NCBI GenBank assembly: GCA_963796275.1
Contig: CAWCKY010000006.1
Location: forward strand, 160,001 to 224,000
Direction: 5' to 3'
Length of the DNA stretch: 64,000 nucleotides
From: an uncultured Acidobacteriota bacterium
Lineage (GTDB): Bacteria; Acidobacteriota; Blastocatellia; RBC074
A program made the position numbers and the translations under genes. Below, in pieces: positions 8,933-22,100 of this stretch. The notes under the pieces are model-generated. The model was not told where the DNA came from. It worked only from the letters and a program-made list of their open reading frames with translations, and did not search any database. The stretch's first letter is position 1. Each line of letters starts with the position of its first letter.

Positions 8933-9948
8933 TTTTGAAAGGTCCTGACGTCCAGACGCTGCTTGCCGGACGCGAGATCGAGATTATAAAGGCGGCGCAG
9001 AGCGCTTACGAGACGCACGCCCGAGGCGAGAGTTCATTGCCTCACTCCACGTTTCTGCGCTTTCCCGATAATCAGCGGGACAGGATCATCGCCTTGCCTG
9101 CTTACCTGGGCGGTCCATTCGGGGTCGCCGGCGTCAAATGGGTGGCCTCATTTCCCGGCAATCTGGAAAGAGAGTTGGAACGGGCTTCGGCGCTGGTGGT
9201 ATTGAATTCGACGGAAACTGGCAGGCCCCAAGCCATCCTCGAAGGATCCATCATCAGCGCGAAGCGAACCGCCGGGAGCGCTGCTCTGGCTGCGCAATGG
9301 TTGCACAACGGCAAAGACGCCAATCCCGCAGGCTTGATCGGATGCGGGTTGATCAATTTCGAAATCGCCAGGTTCCTCCTGGCGGCGACGCCTGAGATCG
9401 GTCATTTCGTCGTTCAAGATTTGGACCTGGCCCGCGCAGAGCTGTTCAAGGCCAGGCTCCAACAGACATTCGGTAAGGTCGAGGTGGAGATCGCCAAAGA
9501 CGTGAAGACAGTTCTGCGACGCTGCCCGCTCATCTCGCTGGCGACCACGGCGATAACGCCGCACATCGGCGACCTACGGGATGTCTCTCCAAACGCGACG
9601 ATCCTCCACGTCTCGCTGCGAGACCTCTCGCCCCAGGTCATTCTCTCCTGCGACAACGTGGTGGACGACATTGATCACGTCTGCCGCGCCCAGACTTCTA
9701 TCCACCTGGCAGAACAGCTCACTGGTGGTAGGGATTTCATCCGCTGCTCTCTGGCCGACATTCTGATGGGCAAGACCGCCGCCCGCAGCGACGCCGAGAG
9801 CATCGCCGTCTTCACCCCGTTCGGCCTGGGAGTGCTCGACCTGGCAGTTAGCCAGCTCGTCCGGGACCTTGCGCTCGAACAGGGATGTGGAACTTTCATC
9901 CGGTCGTTTCTGCCCGAACCATGGGTTGGGTCTACGCCGAACTGTTAG
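8911..9948 (+). CDS. sbnB: SbnB-family ornithine cyclodeaminase-like enzyme (2,3-diaminopropionate biosynthesis)
   Basis: LPHSTFLRFP, RIIALPAYLGG, GVKWVASFPGN, ISAKRTA, GCGLINF, LHVSLRD and PFGLGVLD motifs; overlaps the sbnA-like stop by 22 nt. Confidence 0.9.
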   Translation: MHSCDILILKGPDVQTLLAGREIEIIKAAQSAYETHARGESSLPHSTFLRFPDNQRDRIIALPAYLGGPFGVAGVKWVASFPGNLERELERASALVVLNSTETGRPQAILEGSIISAKRTAGSAALAAQWLHNGKDANPAGLIGCGLINFEIARFLLAATPEIGHFVVQDLDLARAELFKARLQQTFGKVEVEIAKDVKTVLRRCPLISLATTAITPHIGDLRDVSPNATILHVSLRDLSPQVILSCDNVVDDIDHVCRAQTSIHLAEQLTGGRDFIRCSLADILMGKTAARSDAESIAVFTPFGLGVLDLAVSQLVRDLALEQGCGTFIRSFLPEPWVGSTPNC

Positions 9949-10036
9949 TTGGCTTCTTTGGAAAGCCCATAGAAGATCAGTCGGTCTGGTGGCGAAAGCA
10001 GCGCGAACTAACAGTTCGCCAAACATCAAGGTAGTT

Positions 10037-11089
10037 ATGCAAAAAACAAAATCAACGGCGCCCGGCTTGGGAAAAATGGGCGCCGTCAAGCGTAAGACTG
10101 TCAGCGTTTCAACGGAAAGGTTGATTGTGATGGAACCGCTCAGGCCGGGCGTTTCGCTTCCATTGGTAATTAGCCCCGCTTATCCCGGGGTAGACATAAT
10201 CGAATGGGCGCAGCGTAATCCCGAGTCTATCGATATGTGGTTGCTCAAACACGGCGCAATACTTTTCCGGGATTGGCGGATGAACTCCGTTGACGAATTC
10301 GAGCGGTTTGCGGCTGCCGTCGCCGGGGAAGATTTGATGGATTATTCCTATCGCTCCACGCCCCGGAGCGCGGTGAGCGGCAAAATCTTCACTTCAACCG
10401 AGTACCCCGCAGATCAATCCATTCCTCTGCACAACGAGATGGCGTACTCGCGCGTCTGGCCAATGAAGATCTGGTTTCATTGCGTGAAAGCCGCCGAAGT
10501 GGGCGGGGAGACGCCGATAGCCGACAGCCGGGAAGTCTTCGCGCGCATTGACCCGCGAGTTCGCGAGCAGTTCATGCGGAAGCAGGTGCTCTACGTTCGC
10601 AACTATGGGGGCGGACTGGACCTCTCCTGGCAAAACGTGTTCCAGACCACAAGCAGATCGGAAGTTGAGGCGTTCTGTCTCAGAGCCGGAATCGAATTTG
10701 AGTGGAGGGGCGGAGACCGTTTGAGGACGCGCCAGGTCTGTCAGGCCGTCGCTAGGCACCCGAGGACTGGCGAGATGGTCTGGTTCAATCAGGCGCATCT
10801 CTTCCATGTGTCGAGCCTCACGCCGGAAATGCGCGACCTGTTTCTTGCGGAATTCAAAGAAGAAGAACTCGCGCGCAACGTCTATTACGGCGACGGATCT
10901 TCGATCGAACCGTCAGCCCTGGAAGCGATTCGTCAGGCTTACCGGCAAGAGACGGTCACCTTCCCGTGGCAATCGGGTGACATTTTGATGCTCGACAATA
11001 TGCTTGCCGCACATGGACGAACCCCATTCGCCGGCTCGCGAAAGGTCATCGTGGCAATGGCCGAGTCTTTCGCCAGCCAAGACATTTAG
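10037..11089 (+). CDS. Stand-alone TauD/SyrP-like Fe(II)/2-oxoglutarate dioxygenase, probable aspartyl-S-PCP beta-hydroxylase
   Basis: HGAILFR, STEYP, IPLHNEMAY (HxE), GGETPIAD, WFNQAHLFH and DNMLAAHGR motifs. Start placed at ATG 10037; the longer ORF overlaps sbnB. Confidence 0.9.
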   Translation: MQKTKSTAPGLGKMGAVKRKTVSVSTERLIVMEPLRPGVSLPLVISPAYPGVDIIEWAQRNPESIDMWLLKHGAILFRDWRMNSVDEFERFAAAVAGEDLMDYSYRSTPRSAVSGKIFTSTEYPADQSIPLHNEMAYSRVWPMKIWFHCVKAAEVGGETPIADSREVFARIDPRVREQFMRKQVLYVRNYGGGLDLSWQNVFQTTSRSEVEAFCLRAGIEFEWRGGDRLRTRQVCQAVARHPRTGEMVWFNQAHLFHVSSLTPEMRDLFLAEFKEEELARNVYYGDGSSIEPSALEAIRQAYRQETVTFPWQSGDILMLDNMLAAHGRTPFAGSRKVIVAMAESFASQDI

Positions 11090-11121
11090 GCTGATGCTGA
11101 TGAAGTGATGGAGTAAGTAAG

Positions 11122-14100
11122 GTGCATAAGAAAAACCACACAACCATAGAAGGATTTCGTCTTTCGCCTCAACAAGCGCGCCTCTGGATGTTGCAGCAGG
11201 ATGTCCGATCGGCGCCGTACACGGCCCGATGTTCCATCTCGATCGAGGGCGCGCTTGATGCGCAGCTTTTGGAGGCGGCGCTCAATCAGGTAGTTCAGCG
11301 GCATGAAATCCTACGCACCACATTTCACCGTTTGCCCGCAATGATGCTCCCGCTGCAGGTGATCGCGGGCGATGGCAGGCTGGTGATCCGGACGCAAGAT
11401 TATAGCGGATGGGCGGAGGAGGAGCAGAATGCCGGGCTCGAGTTGTTGGAGCGCGAGGCGGACCAGACGCCGTTCGACCTTGAGCGAGGGCCGCTGGCGC
11501 GTGCTCATCTCATCAAACTGGCGCCGGATCGGCACCTGCTACTTCTGCTGCTGTCGGCGTTGTGCGCGGATCGGGCGAGCTTGGAGAACCTGGCGCGGGA
11601 GATCGGGTTCTGTTACGCCGCTTACCTGAACGGCGACGAACTGCCAGCCGCGCCAGCGCAATACGCCGACCTGGCCGAATGGCAGAACGAGTTGCTCGAA
11701 TCGGAGGAGACGGAAGCCGGCCGGGAGTATTGGCGGCGGCGTGATCTTTCGAGCCTCTTGCGTATCAAGGCGCCGTTCGAGAACCGGCGCGGGGACGGCG
11801 AGGGTGAGCTGGCGGAATTTGCGCCGCGGCTTCTGTCCGCGACGGTAAATGCCGAACTGGCGGCGAAGGTCGAGGCGCTGGCCCGCGAGCTGCATAGTTC
11901 TGAATCGAACATTCTGCTGGCCTGCTGGCAAGCATTGCTCTGGCGACTTACCGGTCAGACAGAGATCATCGCCGGCGTCGCTTATGAGCAGCGGAAACAC
12001 GACGAACTCAAGGGGGCGCTCGGACTCTTTACCAAGTATTTACCGGTTCATTGCCTCCTGGGAGCGGACAGGCGATTGATCGACGTTTTAGAGCAGATCA
12101 ACAACTCAGCGCGCGAGCTATATAAATGGCAAGAGTATTTCACCTGGGAACAGATCGCCGGATCGAATGGACATCTCAATGCCACGCCTTTCTTCCACGT
12201 CTGCTTCGAGTTTTCAGAACAACCCGCGATTTACCGGGCGGGCGCAGGCGCCTTCTCGATCTCGCGTCAAGACGCCTGCGTTGACCGTTTCAAACTCAAG
12301 CTCGCCGCGCTCCATCGCGCCGATCGCTTGATCCTGGACATCCACTACGACGCCGACCTCTTCACGCGCGATGACATCGCCCTACTGGCTCGGCAGTATC
12401 TGACTTTACTCGGCAACGCCGTCGCGGCTCCCGGCGCCGCGCTCGAGGAGTTGAGCCTGCTCGGAGAGACACAGCGGGAGCGTATCCTGCGCCAGTTCAA
12501 TCCGGCGCCCACCAGCTTCTCGCCCCGTCCCATCCATCATCTAATCGAGGCTCAGGCAGCGCTCAGGCCCGAAGCCACGGCGGTGGTGGTGGAAGACCAG
12601 CAACTGAGTTACGGCGAACTCAACCGTCGCGCCAACCAACTGGCCCATCACTTGCAAATGCTGGGCGTCGGTCCTGAAGAGGTGGTGGGCTTGAGCCTCG
12701 AACGCTCGGTGGAGTTGGTGGTGGGGATGCTGGCGATTCTGAAAGCTGGAGGGGCATACCTGCCGCTGGACCCGGCTCTGCCGGCCGAGCGGCTGGCGGG
12801 CATGATGGCGGCCGCGAGGCCGCGGGTGGTGGTGACGCAGGAGAGATTGCGGATAGGGGATTGGGCGGCCTCCACCACAGAAAATGATGACTGGGGATTG
12901 GGGGCTGAGGACTGGGAATGTACAGATATGTTGCGCCAGCTCCGAGTCCCCATATTCGTTGTATCCGGGCGTCGCGCACGAGCAGAAGGGTCCACGGCAA
13001 TCCTCAATCCGCAATCTGCAAACCGCAAACCCGTGATGGTTTGTCTGGATGCGGAGGGGGAGATGATAGGGAGTGAAAGCGATGAAAACCCCGGCAGCCA
13101 GGTGGGGCCGGAGCATCTGGTTTACGTGCTGTTCACCTCGGGTTCGACCGGGAGGCCGAAAGGAGTGGCGGTCGAGCACCGGCAGCTGCACGCATATCTG
13201 GAAGGAGTGCGGGAGCGGTTGGGACTGCCGGAAGAGGCGAGCTATGCGACGGTGACGACCTTCGCGGCCGATTTGGGGCACACGGCGATCTTTCCGGCGC
13301 TGTGCGGGGGAGGAACGCTGCACGTGGTGAGTAAGGAGCGAGCGGCAGACGCGTGGGGGATGAGTGAGTATTTCAGGCGGCATCGGATCGACTGCCTGAA
13401 GATAGTGCCGTCGCACTTGAAGGCGCTGTTGGGGGTGAAGGATGGGGCGCAGGCATTGCCTGGGCGGCGGCTGGTGTTGGGGGGAGAAGCGTCGAGCTGG
13501 GAGTTGATCGGGCGTGTGCGGGGGTTGGCGCCGGAGCTGAGGATAATGAATCACTACGGGCCGACGGAGACGACGGTGGGAGTGTTGACCTGTGAGGTGG
13601 AGCAAGAGGGAGAGCAAGAGAGTGGGAATGTGCCGTTGGGGCGACCGCTGAAGGGAGCGCGGGTGTACGTGCTGGACCGGCGGATGGAGCCAGCGGCGGT
13701 GTGGGTAGTGGGAGAGGTGTACGTGGGAGGGGAGCAGGTGGCGCGCGGCTATTTGAATGAAGCGGAGCAGACGGCGGTGCGATTCGTGCCGGATCCATAC
13801 AGTGAGGAGGAGGGGAAGAGGTTGTACCGGACGGGAGATTTGGGGAGGTACATGCCGGATGGACGAGTGGAGTTTCTGGGACGAGCGGATGATCAGGTGA
13901 AGATAAGAGGGTACCGGATCGAGTTGGGAGAGATCGAGGAGGCGCTCAAAGAGCATGCGGGAGTGGGAGAGAGCGTGGTGGTGATAAGCGAGAGCGCGGA
14001 TGGGGAGAAGCGGCTGGTGGCGTATGTGGCGGCGAGAGAGGGGATGGAGATCGAGGGGAGCGAGTTGCGGCGATATATGAGTGAGAGATTGCCCGAGTAC

Positions 14101-17100
14101 ATGGTACCTGGAGCGATAGTGAAGTTGGAGCGGATGCCGTTGACGGCGAACGGGAAGTTGGATCGAGGGGCGTTGCCGGAGCCTGAGAGTGAGATGGAGG
14201 GAGAGTATGTGGCGCCGCGGACGCAGATCGAAGAACTGGTAGCCGGCGCCTGGGCTGAATTGCTGGGGTTGGAGCGGGTGGGGGTGAATAACAACTTCTT
14301 CGAGCTGGGCGGACACTCGCTGATGGCCACACAGCTCATCTCTCGCGTGCGGGAAGCCTGCGGTGTCGAGCTGCTGCTCCGCAGTCTGTTTGAGGCGCCG
14401 ACAGTGGCCGGTATGGCCGCAAGTCTTGAAGCGGCGATCAGAGCCGGAAAGTGGGCACCCCCCACCTCAATCGAAAGATATCCGAGGGACGTGGAATTGC
14501 CACTTTCATTCGCCCAGCAGCGGCTGTGGTTCCTTGATCAGTTGGAGTCGGGCAGCCCCTTCTACAACATCTTCGCACCCGTGCGGTTGAAAGGGCGGCT
14601 CGATCTACAGGCGCTGGAATGTACGCTCACGGAGATTGTACGGCGCCACGAAGCGCTGCGGACAACCTTCCGGACGGTGGAAGGGCGCGCCGTTCAGGTG
14701 ATCGCCGAGGCCAGACCGCTTAGTTTGCCGGTGACTGACTTGAGCTATTTGCCGCCGGAGCGAAGAGAAGCCGAAGCGCGGCGAATGGCCGAAGAGGAAT
14801 CGCAGCGGCCTTTCGATCTGGCTCGCGGTCCGTTGCTGCGGGCGCGGTTGTTACGGCTGGATGAAGACGAGCATCTGGCGATGCTAACTCTGCACCACAT
14901 CATTTCGGATGGTTGGTCGGCCGGGATTCTGATCCGTGAGCTCGCCGCGCTCTACCAGGCCTTCAATGCGGGGCTGCCCTCGCCGCTCGCGGAGCTGCCC
15001 ATTCAGTACGCAGACTTCGCCGCGTGGCAGCGTCGGTGGTTGCAGGGCGAGACGTTGGACATACAGCTTGCGTACTGGAAACGGAAGTTGGGCGGCGACA
15101 GGGCGGCGTTGCAACTGCCCACGGATAGACCGCGTCCGGCGGTTCAGAGATTTCGCGGAGCGCATGAAGCTTTGGCGCTGGGCGCGGGCCTCTCTCAGGC
15201 TCTCAAGGCGTTCAGCCAACAGGAGAATGTCACGCTGTTTATGACGCTGCTCGCAGCGTTCAAAGCGTTGCTCCATCGTTATACCGGGCAGGACGACATC
15301 ATCATCGGCTCGCCAATCGCCAACCGCAACCGCATCGAGATCGAGGGGATGGTCGGATTCTTCGTCAACACACTGGCGCTGCGCGGCGATCTATCAGGAG
15401 ATCCGAGTTTTCGAGAGCTGGTAAGCCGGGTGCGAGAGGTAGCGCTGGAGGCGTCCGCTTATCAGGGATCTGCCTTTTGAGAAGCTGGTTGATGAATTGC
15501 AACTCGCGCGTGACCTGAGCCGTGCTCCGTTATTCCAGGTGGTATTCGTGTTACAGAATGCGCCGAGGCAGGTTCTGGAGCTGCCGGGGCTGACTCTGAC
15601 TCCGATGGAGATCGAGGGCGAGACGGCGAAATTCGATCTGATTCTGGGCCTCAGCGAGACGGATCAGGGGCTGATGGCGAAGGTCGAATACAACACGGAC
15701 TTGTTCGAAGGCGCGACGATACGCCGGATGCTTACGCATTTTCAAAACCTGCTTGAAAGCGTGGTCGTTGAGCCACGCCAGCGACTCTCCGAATTGCCGC
15801 TGCTCGGCGAAGTCGAGCGCCGGCAATTGTTGGAATGGAACGCGTCGAGCGTCCGTTACCCGGCGAAGACTTGCCTGCATCAACTCTTTGAAGCCCAGGC
15901 GGCGCGAACGCCCAATGCTGTCGCGGTCACTTTTGATGATGAGCGATTCAGCTACCAACAGCTCAACGCCCGCGCCAATCAATTGGCCCACCACTTGCGC
16001 GCGCTGGGAGTTGGGCCGGATGTTCTGGTCGGTCTCTGCCTGGAACGTTCCCTCGATCTGGTTGTCGCAATCCTGGCCGTTCTCAAGGCCGGCGGAGCTT
16101 ACTTGCCACTCGATATGGCCTATCCCAAAGATCGGCTGGCCTTCATGTTGGAGGACAGTCAGGCGCCGGTGCTGTTGACTCAACAGCGCCTGCTGGAGCA
16201 ATTGCCTGAACATCGGTCGGGGGCGAACTGCCCGCATCTGATTTGTATAGACAGCGAATGGGAGTTGATTGAGCGGGAGAGTGCGGAGAATCCGACAAAC
16301 GAGGCGACGGCCGATAACCTGGCCTATGTGATCTATACCTCAGGGTCGACCGGCAGACCGAAAGGAGCGCTGGTCAGTCACGCCAACGTCGTACGCCTCT
16401 TTTCAGCAACGCAGGATTGGTATCACTTCGATGAACGCGATGTATGGACGCTCTTCCACTCATATGCCTTCGACTTCTCGGTCTGGGAGTTATGGGGTGC
16501 GCTGCTCTATGGCGGGCGGTTGGTTGTGGTTCCTTACTGGGTGAGCCGTTCGCCGGAAGCCTTCCACGAATTGTTGCGCCGCGAGCATGTGACCGTGTTG
16601 AACCAGACGCCATCGGCCTTCCGCCAATTGATTCGCTCGGCAGCGCTGCCGTCAGCCCCGGTGGAAGAGCAGGCCGAGACCGCGCCGGCGCTGGCGTTGC
16701 GGTTGGTCATCTTCGGCGGAGAAGCGCTTGAGCTGAACAGTCTGAAGCCCTGGTTTGACCGCTACGGAGACGAGCTCCCGCAACTGGTCAATATGTACGG
16801 GATCACTGAGACGACGGTGCACGTCAGTTTCCGGCCGATTCGGGCGGCAGATTTGGACGAAGGCAAGGGAAGCGTGATCGGCGGATCGATTCCTGACCTG
16901 TGGGTCTACGTGTTGGACGCGCATTTACGGCCCACGCCGATCGGCGTTCCAGGGGAGATGTATGTGGGCGGTGCCGGAGTGGTGCGCGGCTATCTCAACC
17001 GTCCGGAGTTGACCGTGGAGCGGTTCATCCCCGATCCATTCGGAGCTGAACCGGGGGCGCGTTTATACCGGACGGGAGAATCTGGCGCGTTACTTGGCGG

Positions 17101-19139
17101 ACGGCGATCTGGAGTATCTAGGCAGGATCGATCATCAGGTCAAGATTCGCGGCTTTCGCATCGAACTGGGCGAGATCGAAGCCATGCTCAATACACATCC
17201 GCTGATTGGCGAGGCTGTTGTTTTGGCTAGAGAGGACACGCCCGGCGAGAAACGCCTGGTCGCTTATCTTGTGACGAAGCCGGACACAGCGCCTTCGATT
17301 AGCGAGTTGCGCGAATTCCTGAGACAGAAACTGCCTGAGTACATGACGCCGGCAGCATTTGTGACGCTCGACGCCTTGCCGTTGACGGAAAACGGCAAGT
17401 TGGATCGCCGCGCGTTGCCCGCCCCCGACGTTACGAGACCCGAGTTGGAAGAAATCTATGCCGCTCCGAGCAATGCTCGCGAGGAAATGCTGGCGGAGAT
17501 TTGGGCCAAGGTGCTTGGGCTTGAGCGAGTCGGCATTCACGACAATTTCTTCGAGCTCGGCGGGGATTCCATCCTCAGCATTCAGATCATCGCCCGAGCG
17601 AACCAGGCAGGTTTCCGATTGTCTCCCAAGCAGGTCTTTCAATGCCAAACAGTCGCGGAGTTGGCGGCGGCGGCCGAGACGGTTCCGTCCATTGAAGCCG
17701 AGCAGGGCTTGGTTACAGGCCCGGCGCCGCTCACTCCGATCCAGCGCTGGTTCTTCGAACATCGGTTGCCCGAGCATGACCACTGGAATCAGGCGTTGTT
17801 GTTTGAAACGCGGCAGGCGTTATCACCCGCGCTACTGGAACAGGCGGTTCAGCGATTGATTGAGCATCACGACGCTCTGAGGCTGCGATTCACGCCGGAG
17901 GAAGCGGGCTGGCGCCAAACTATCGCCGAATCGGGCGTATCGACGACTTTCACCGTTATCGAACTGTCCGGCTTACCCGAAGCGGAACGATTATCAACCC
18001 TCGAAGCGAAGGCGGCCGAACTACAGGCCAGCCTGAGCCTGTCTGAAGGGCCGCTGTTGCGGGTCGTCTATTTTGATCTTGGGAATCAGGAAGCGGGCCG
18101 CCTGCTGATCATTATTCATCATCTCGCCGTTGACGGCGTGTCGTGGCGGATTCTGTTGGAAGACTTGCAGATGGCGTACCGGCAGTTGAGTCATGGCGAA
18201 GCGATCGCGCTCCCGCCCAAGACGACTTCATTCAAGCGCTGGGCTGAGAGACTCTCCGAATATGCGCGATCCGAAACGGTAATGGCGGAGCAATTTTATT
18301 GGCTGGACGAAATCCGCGCGCAAGCCGCCAGGCTGCCAGTGGACTATTCCGGCGGCGCGAACACTGAAGCGTCGGCGCGTAGCGTCGCTGTCTCGCTCAC
18401 CGTTGAAGAGACCAGAGCGCTTTTGCAGGAGGCGCCTGAAGCCTATCACACGCAGATCAACGATATATTGCTGACCGCTCTGGGACAGTCTTTAAGGGAG
18501 TGGACGGGCGCCCGCTCGTTGCTCGTGGACATGGAAGGGCATGGCCGCGAGGACATATTCGATAACGCTGACCTGTCGCGCACGGTGGGCTGGTTCACCA
18601 CGATCTATCCCGCATTCCTGCGATTGGAGAAGGCGTTCAATCCGGGAGAGGTTTTGAAGTCGGTCAAGGAGCAGTTGCGAGCCATTCCCCAACGCGGCCT
18701 TGGTTACGGATTGCTACGTTACCTAAGCGGAGATGAAGAGATTGCCCAGGCGTTGCGGCGCCTGCCGCAGGCCGAAGTGAGCTTCAACTATCTGGGGCAG
18801 TTGGATCAGGCGCTGCCGGCGGATTCGCTGCTGGCGCCGGCGCGCGAATCAAGCGGGCCGGTTCACAGCCCGCATGGGCTCCGCAAACATTTACTGGATG
18901 TGCGTGGAAGCGTCGCGCGGGGTCAATTGCATCTGGTCTGGACTTACAGTGAAAACGCACATCGCCGCGCCACTATCGAGCGCCTGGCCCGGAGCTATAT
19001 CGAGGCACTGCGGGGGCTCATCGCGCATTGTCAGTCTCCCGAAGTGGGAGGCCACACACCATCGGATTTCCCGTTGGCGCAACTCGATCAGGTCGAACTT
19101 GATCAGGCGTTCGCGGAATTTGAGTTTGAAGAGAGTTAG
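11122..19139 (+). CDS. NRPS2: interface C* - A(Asp) - T - C - A(Thr) - T - E (two +1 frameshifts, at ~15466 and ~17080)
   Basis: ORFs 11122..15480, 15497..17230 and 17094..19139 join into one NRPS once single extra bases are removed (restoring Q-D-L-P-F-E-K and RTG-D-L-A-R). Codes DLTKVGHVGK (Asp) and DFWNIGMVHK (Thr); T motif GGDSI followed by an E domain (HHLAVDGVSW, EGHGRE, RTVGWFT). Confidence 0.9.
12283..14255 (+). repeat. Near-identical direct repeat (Asp A domain), copy 2
   Basis: Matches 1253..3225. Confidence 0.95.
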
Positions 19140-19144
19140 ACCAA

Positions 19145-22100
19145 GTGAGCACAAAAAGCAGAACCATTGAAGATACCTATCCGCTCTCTCCGCTGCAGGA
19201 AGGGTTGTTGTTCCACAGCCTGCTCGCTCCGGATTCCGGCGTTTACGTCACTCAGGTCACGTGTACGCTGCGCAACTTGAACGTCCCGGCGCTGGAGCGC
19301 GCCTGGCGCCAGGTTACCGACCGGCAACCGATTTTGCGCACGGCCTTCGTCTGGAAAAATCTGGACCGACCGCTTCAGGTGGTGGGACGTAAAGTGGGCG
19401 TGCCGTTGGAACGGCAAGACTGGCGCGGCATGTCGGCGCTGGATCAGGCAGAGCGGTTCGCCGCCTATCTGGAGGCCGATCGTCGTCGCGGTTTTAAAAT
19501 CTCTAAAGCCCCGTTGATGCGCCTGGCCTTATTCCAGGTGGCTGAAGATACCTACCGCTTTGTGTGGAGCCATCATCACATCCTGCTGGATGGGTGGTCT
19601 GTTCATCACCTGATCAAAGAAGTATTCGTTTTGTATGAAGGCTTATGCCGCGGCCAAGCTATTCGCCTTGAACCAATCCGCACTTATCGCGACTACATCG
19701 CCTGGCTCCGGCAGCAGGATCTGGCTTTGGCTGAAAGCTACTGGCGGCGGGCACTGCGGGGCTTTCAGGCCCCGACTTCCCTGGGCGTGGGTCGAGCTAA
19801 TGGCTGCGCCTCTACCCGGGATGAGTCACCTGGCGAACAACGAGTCAGGCTCTCAGCAGATACCACAGCTGCTTTACAGTCCCTGGCGCGGCGGAGCCAG
19901 CTGACACTGAATACCCTGGTCCAGGGCGCTTGGGCGTTGCTGCTCAGTCGCTATAGTGGAGAAGAGGATGTGACCTTTGGAGCGGTTGTTTCAGGTCGCC
20001 CGGCGGAACTTCCAGGGGTTGAGAAGATAGTGGGGCTCTTCATCAATACGCTACCGGTGCGGGTAAAGGTAGAGCCCGGGGCGCAGCTCTTGAGCTGGTT
20101 GCGGGAATTACAGGAGCAACAGGTTGAGATGCGGCGATTTGAGTATAGTCCGTTGGTTCAGGTGCAGGGATGGAGCGGAGCCCCACGAGACTTACCGCTG
20201 TTCGAAAGCCTGTTCGCCTTTGAGAACTACCCGGTGGAGGCGCCAGCCCTGGGGAGTCAAATGAGTCTGGAGGCGTATGATTATCATGTTATTGAAAAGG
20301 TCAACTATCCCCTGGCTCTCATAGCCGGACCAGGCCAGGAATTGGCGCTCAAGATCCTTTACGATCCTCACCGTTTTGACTCAGCGACAACTGCGAGAAC
20401 GCTGAAGCATTTGCAAAATTTGCTGGAAGACATTGTGGCCAATCCTGAGCAGCGGCTCTCAGATATAAGACTCCTGACCGAGACTGAGCGGCGCCAGCTG
20501 CTGGTAGAGTGGAACGATACCGAGACTCACTACCCCAAAGATCGATGTATCCAGGATTTGTTTGAGGAGCAAGTCGAGCGCAATCCAGAAGCGATTGCGG
20601 TGGTCTTTCAGGACGAGCAGCTAAGTTATTACGAACTGAACCGCCGGGCCAATCAACTCGCCGCTTACCTCGGAAATCTGGGAGTCGGCCCGGAAACGCC
20701 GGTGGGCTTTTGCCTGGCGCGTTCCCCGGAGATGGTCGTCGGGATTCTCGGCATCTTGAAGGCCGGCGGAACCTATGTGCCGTTAGACCCGGCATATCCC
20801 AAAGAGCGCCTGGCCTTCATGCTCGAGGATACCCGGACGCCGGTGATCCTGGTTCAGCAAAAGTTGATCGAGCGCCTGCCGGAGCATCAGGCTCGTGTCG
20901 TTCGAATAGACGCAGACTGGGGATTGATGGCGCGGGAGAGCGAGGCGAACCGGGCGAGCGGGGCGACAGCCGGTCATCTGGCCTACGTTATGTACACCTC
21001 GGGCTCGACCGGCAGGCCGAAAGGGATCGCCATCCCGCACCGGGCCATCAACCGGCTGGTCTTCAATACCAACTACATCGAGATGACGTCCGAGGACCGG
21101 ATGGCATTGGCGTCGAATTCCGCCTTCGACGCGGCGACCTTCGAGCTGTGGGGCGCGCTGCTGCACGGGGCGCGGCTGGTGGGGATCAGCAGAGATGTGG
21201 CGTTGTCGCCCGCCGATCTGGCGACGGAGATTCGCGCGCAGGGGATCAGCGCGATGTTTTTGACCACGGCTCTGTTCAATCAAATAGCGCGCGAAGTCCC
21301 GGCGGCGTTCGGGTCGGTGAGGAGCGTGTTGTTCGGCGGCGAAGCGGTAGACCTCAATTCGGTGAAAGAGGTTCTGAAGCATAACCCTCCGGCACGATTG
21401 CTACATGTCTATGGGCCGACCGAGAGCACAACCTTCACCACCTGGTATCCGGTGCAAGGGCTGCCGGAAGGGGCCGTAACCGCGCCGATTGGCCGCCCGC
21501 TGGCCAACACGCAGGTCTACTTGCTGGATGGTAGTTTACAACCCGCGCCGGTGGGCGTCGGGGGCGAGTTATACATCGGCGGCGATGGACTGGCGTGGGG
21601 ATATTTCATGCGGCCGGAGCTGACGGCTGAGAAGTTCATTCCGAATCCGTTCAGCCAGGAACCGGGAGCGCGGCTCTATCGGACTGGAGACCTGGCGCGT
21701 TACTGGCCGGATGGCGCCATCGAGTTCCTGGAGCGGCTCGACCAACAGGTGAAGATTCGCGGCTTCCGGATTGAGCTGGGAGAGATTGAAGCCGTGTTGG
21801 ACGGGCATCCGGCTGTCCGGGAGACCGTGGTCCTTGCCCAGGAAGAAAGACCTGGGGAGAAGCGCCTGGTGGCGTATCTGATCGCTAACCAGAACGCTGA
21901 ATTGTCCATCAGTGAATTGCGCGATCTTGTCGGTGAGAAGTTGCCAGATTACATGATGCCTTCGGTGTTTATGACGTTGGAATCCTTGCCGTTGACGCCA
22001 AATGGCAAAGTGGATCGGAAAGCGCTGCCCCAGCCTGAGTGGACCCGGCCTGAATTGGAAAGCGCCTTTAAAGCGTCGCGTAACGCCACAGAGGAGATGT

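Noticed and set aside
1253-14255. Duplicated blocks as pure mis-assembly
   Set aside because: The copies differ at scattered positions, have unique in-frame flanks and give a coherent domain order.
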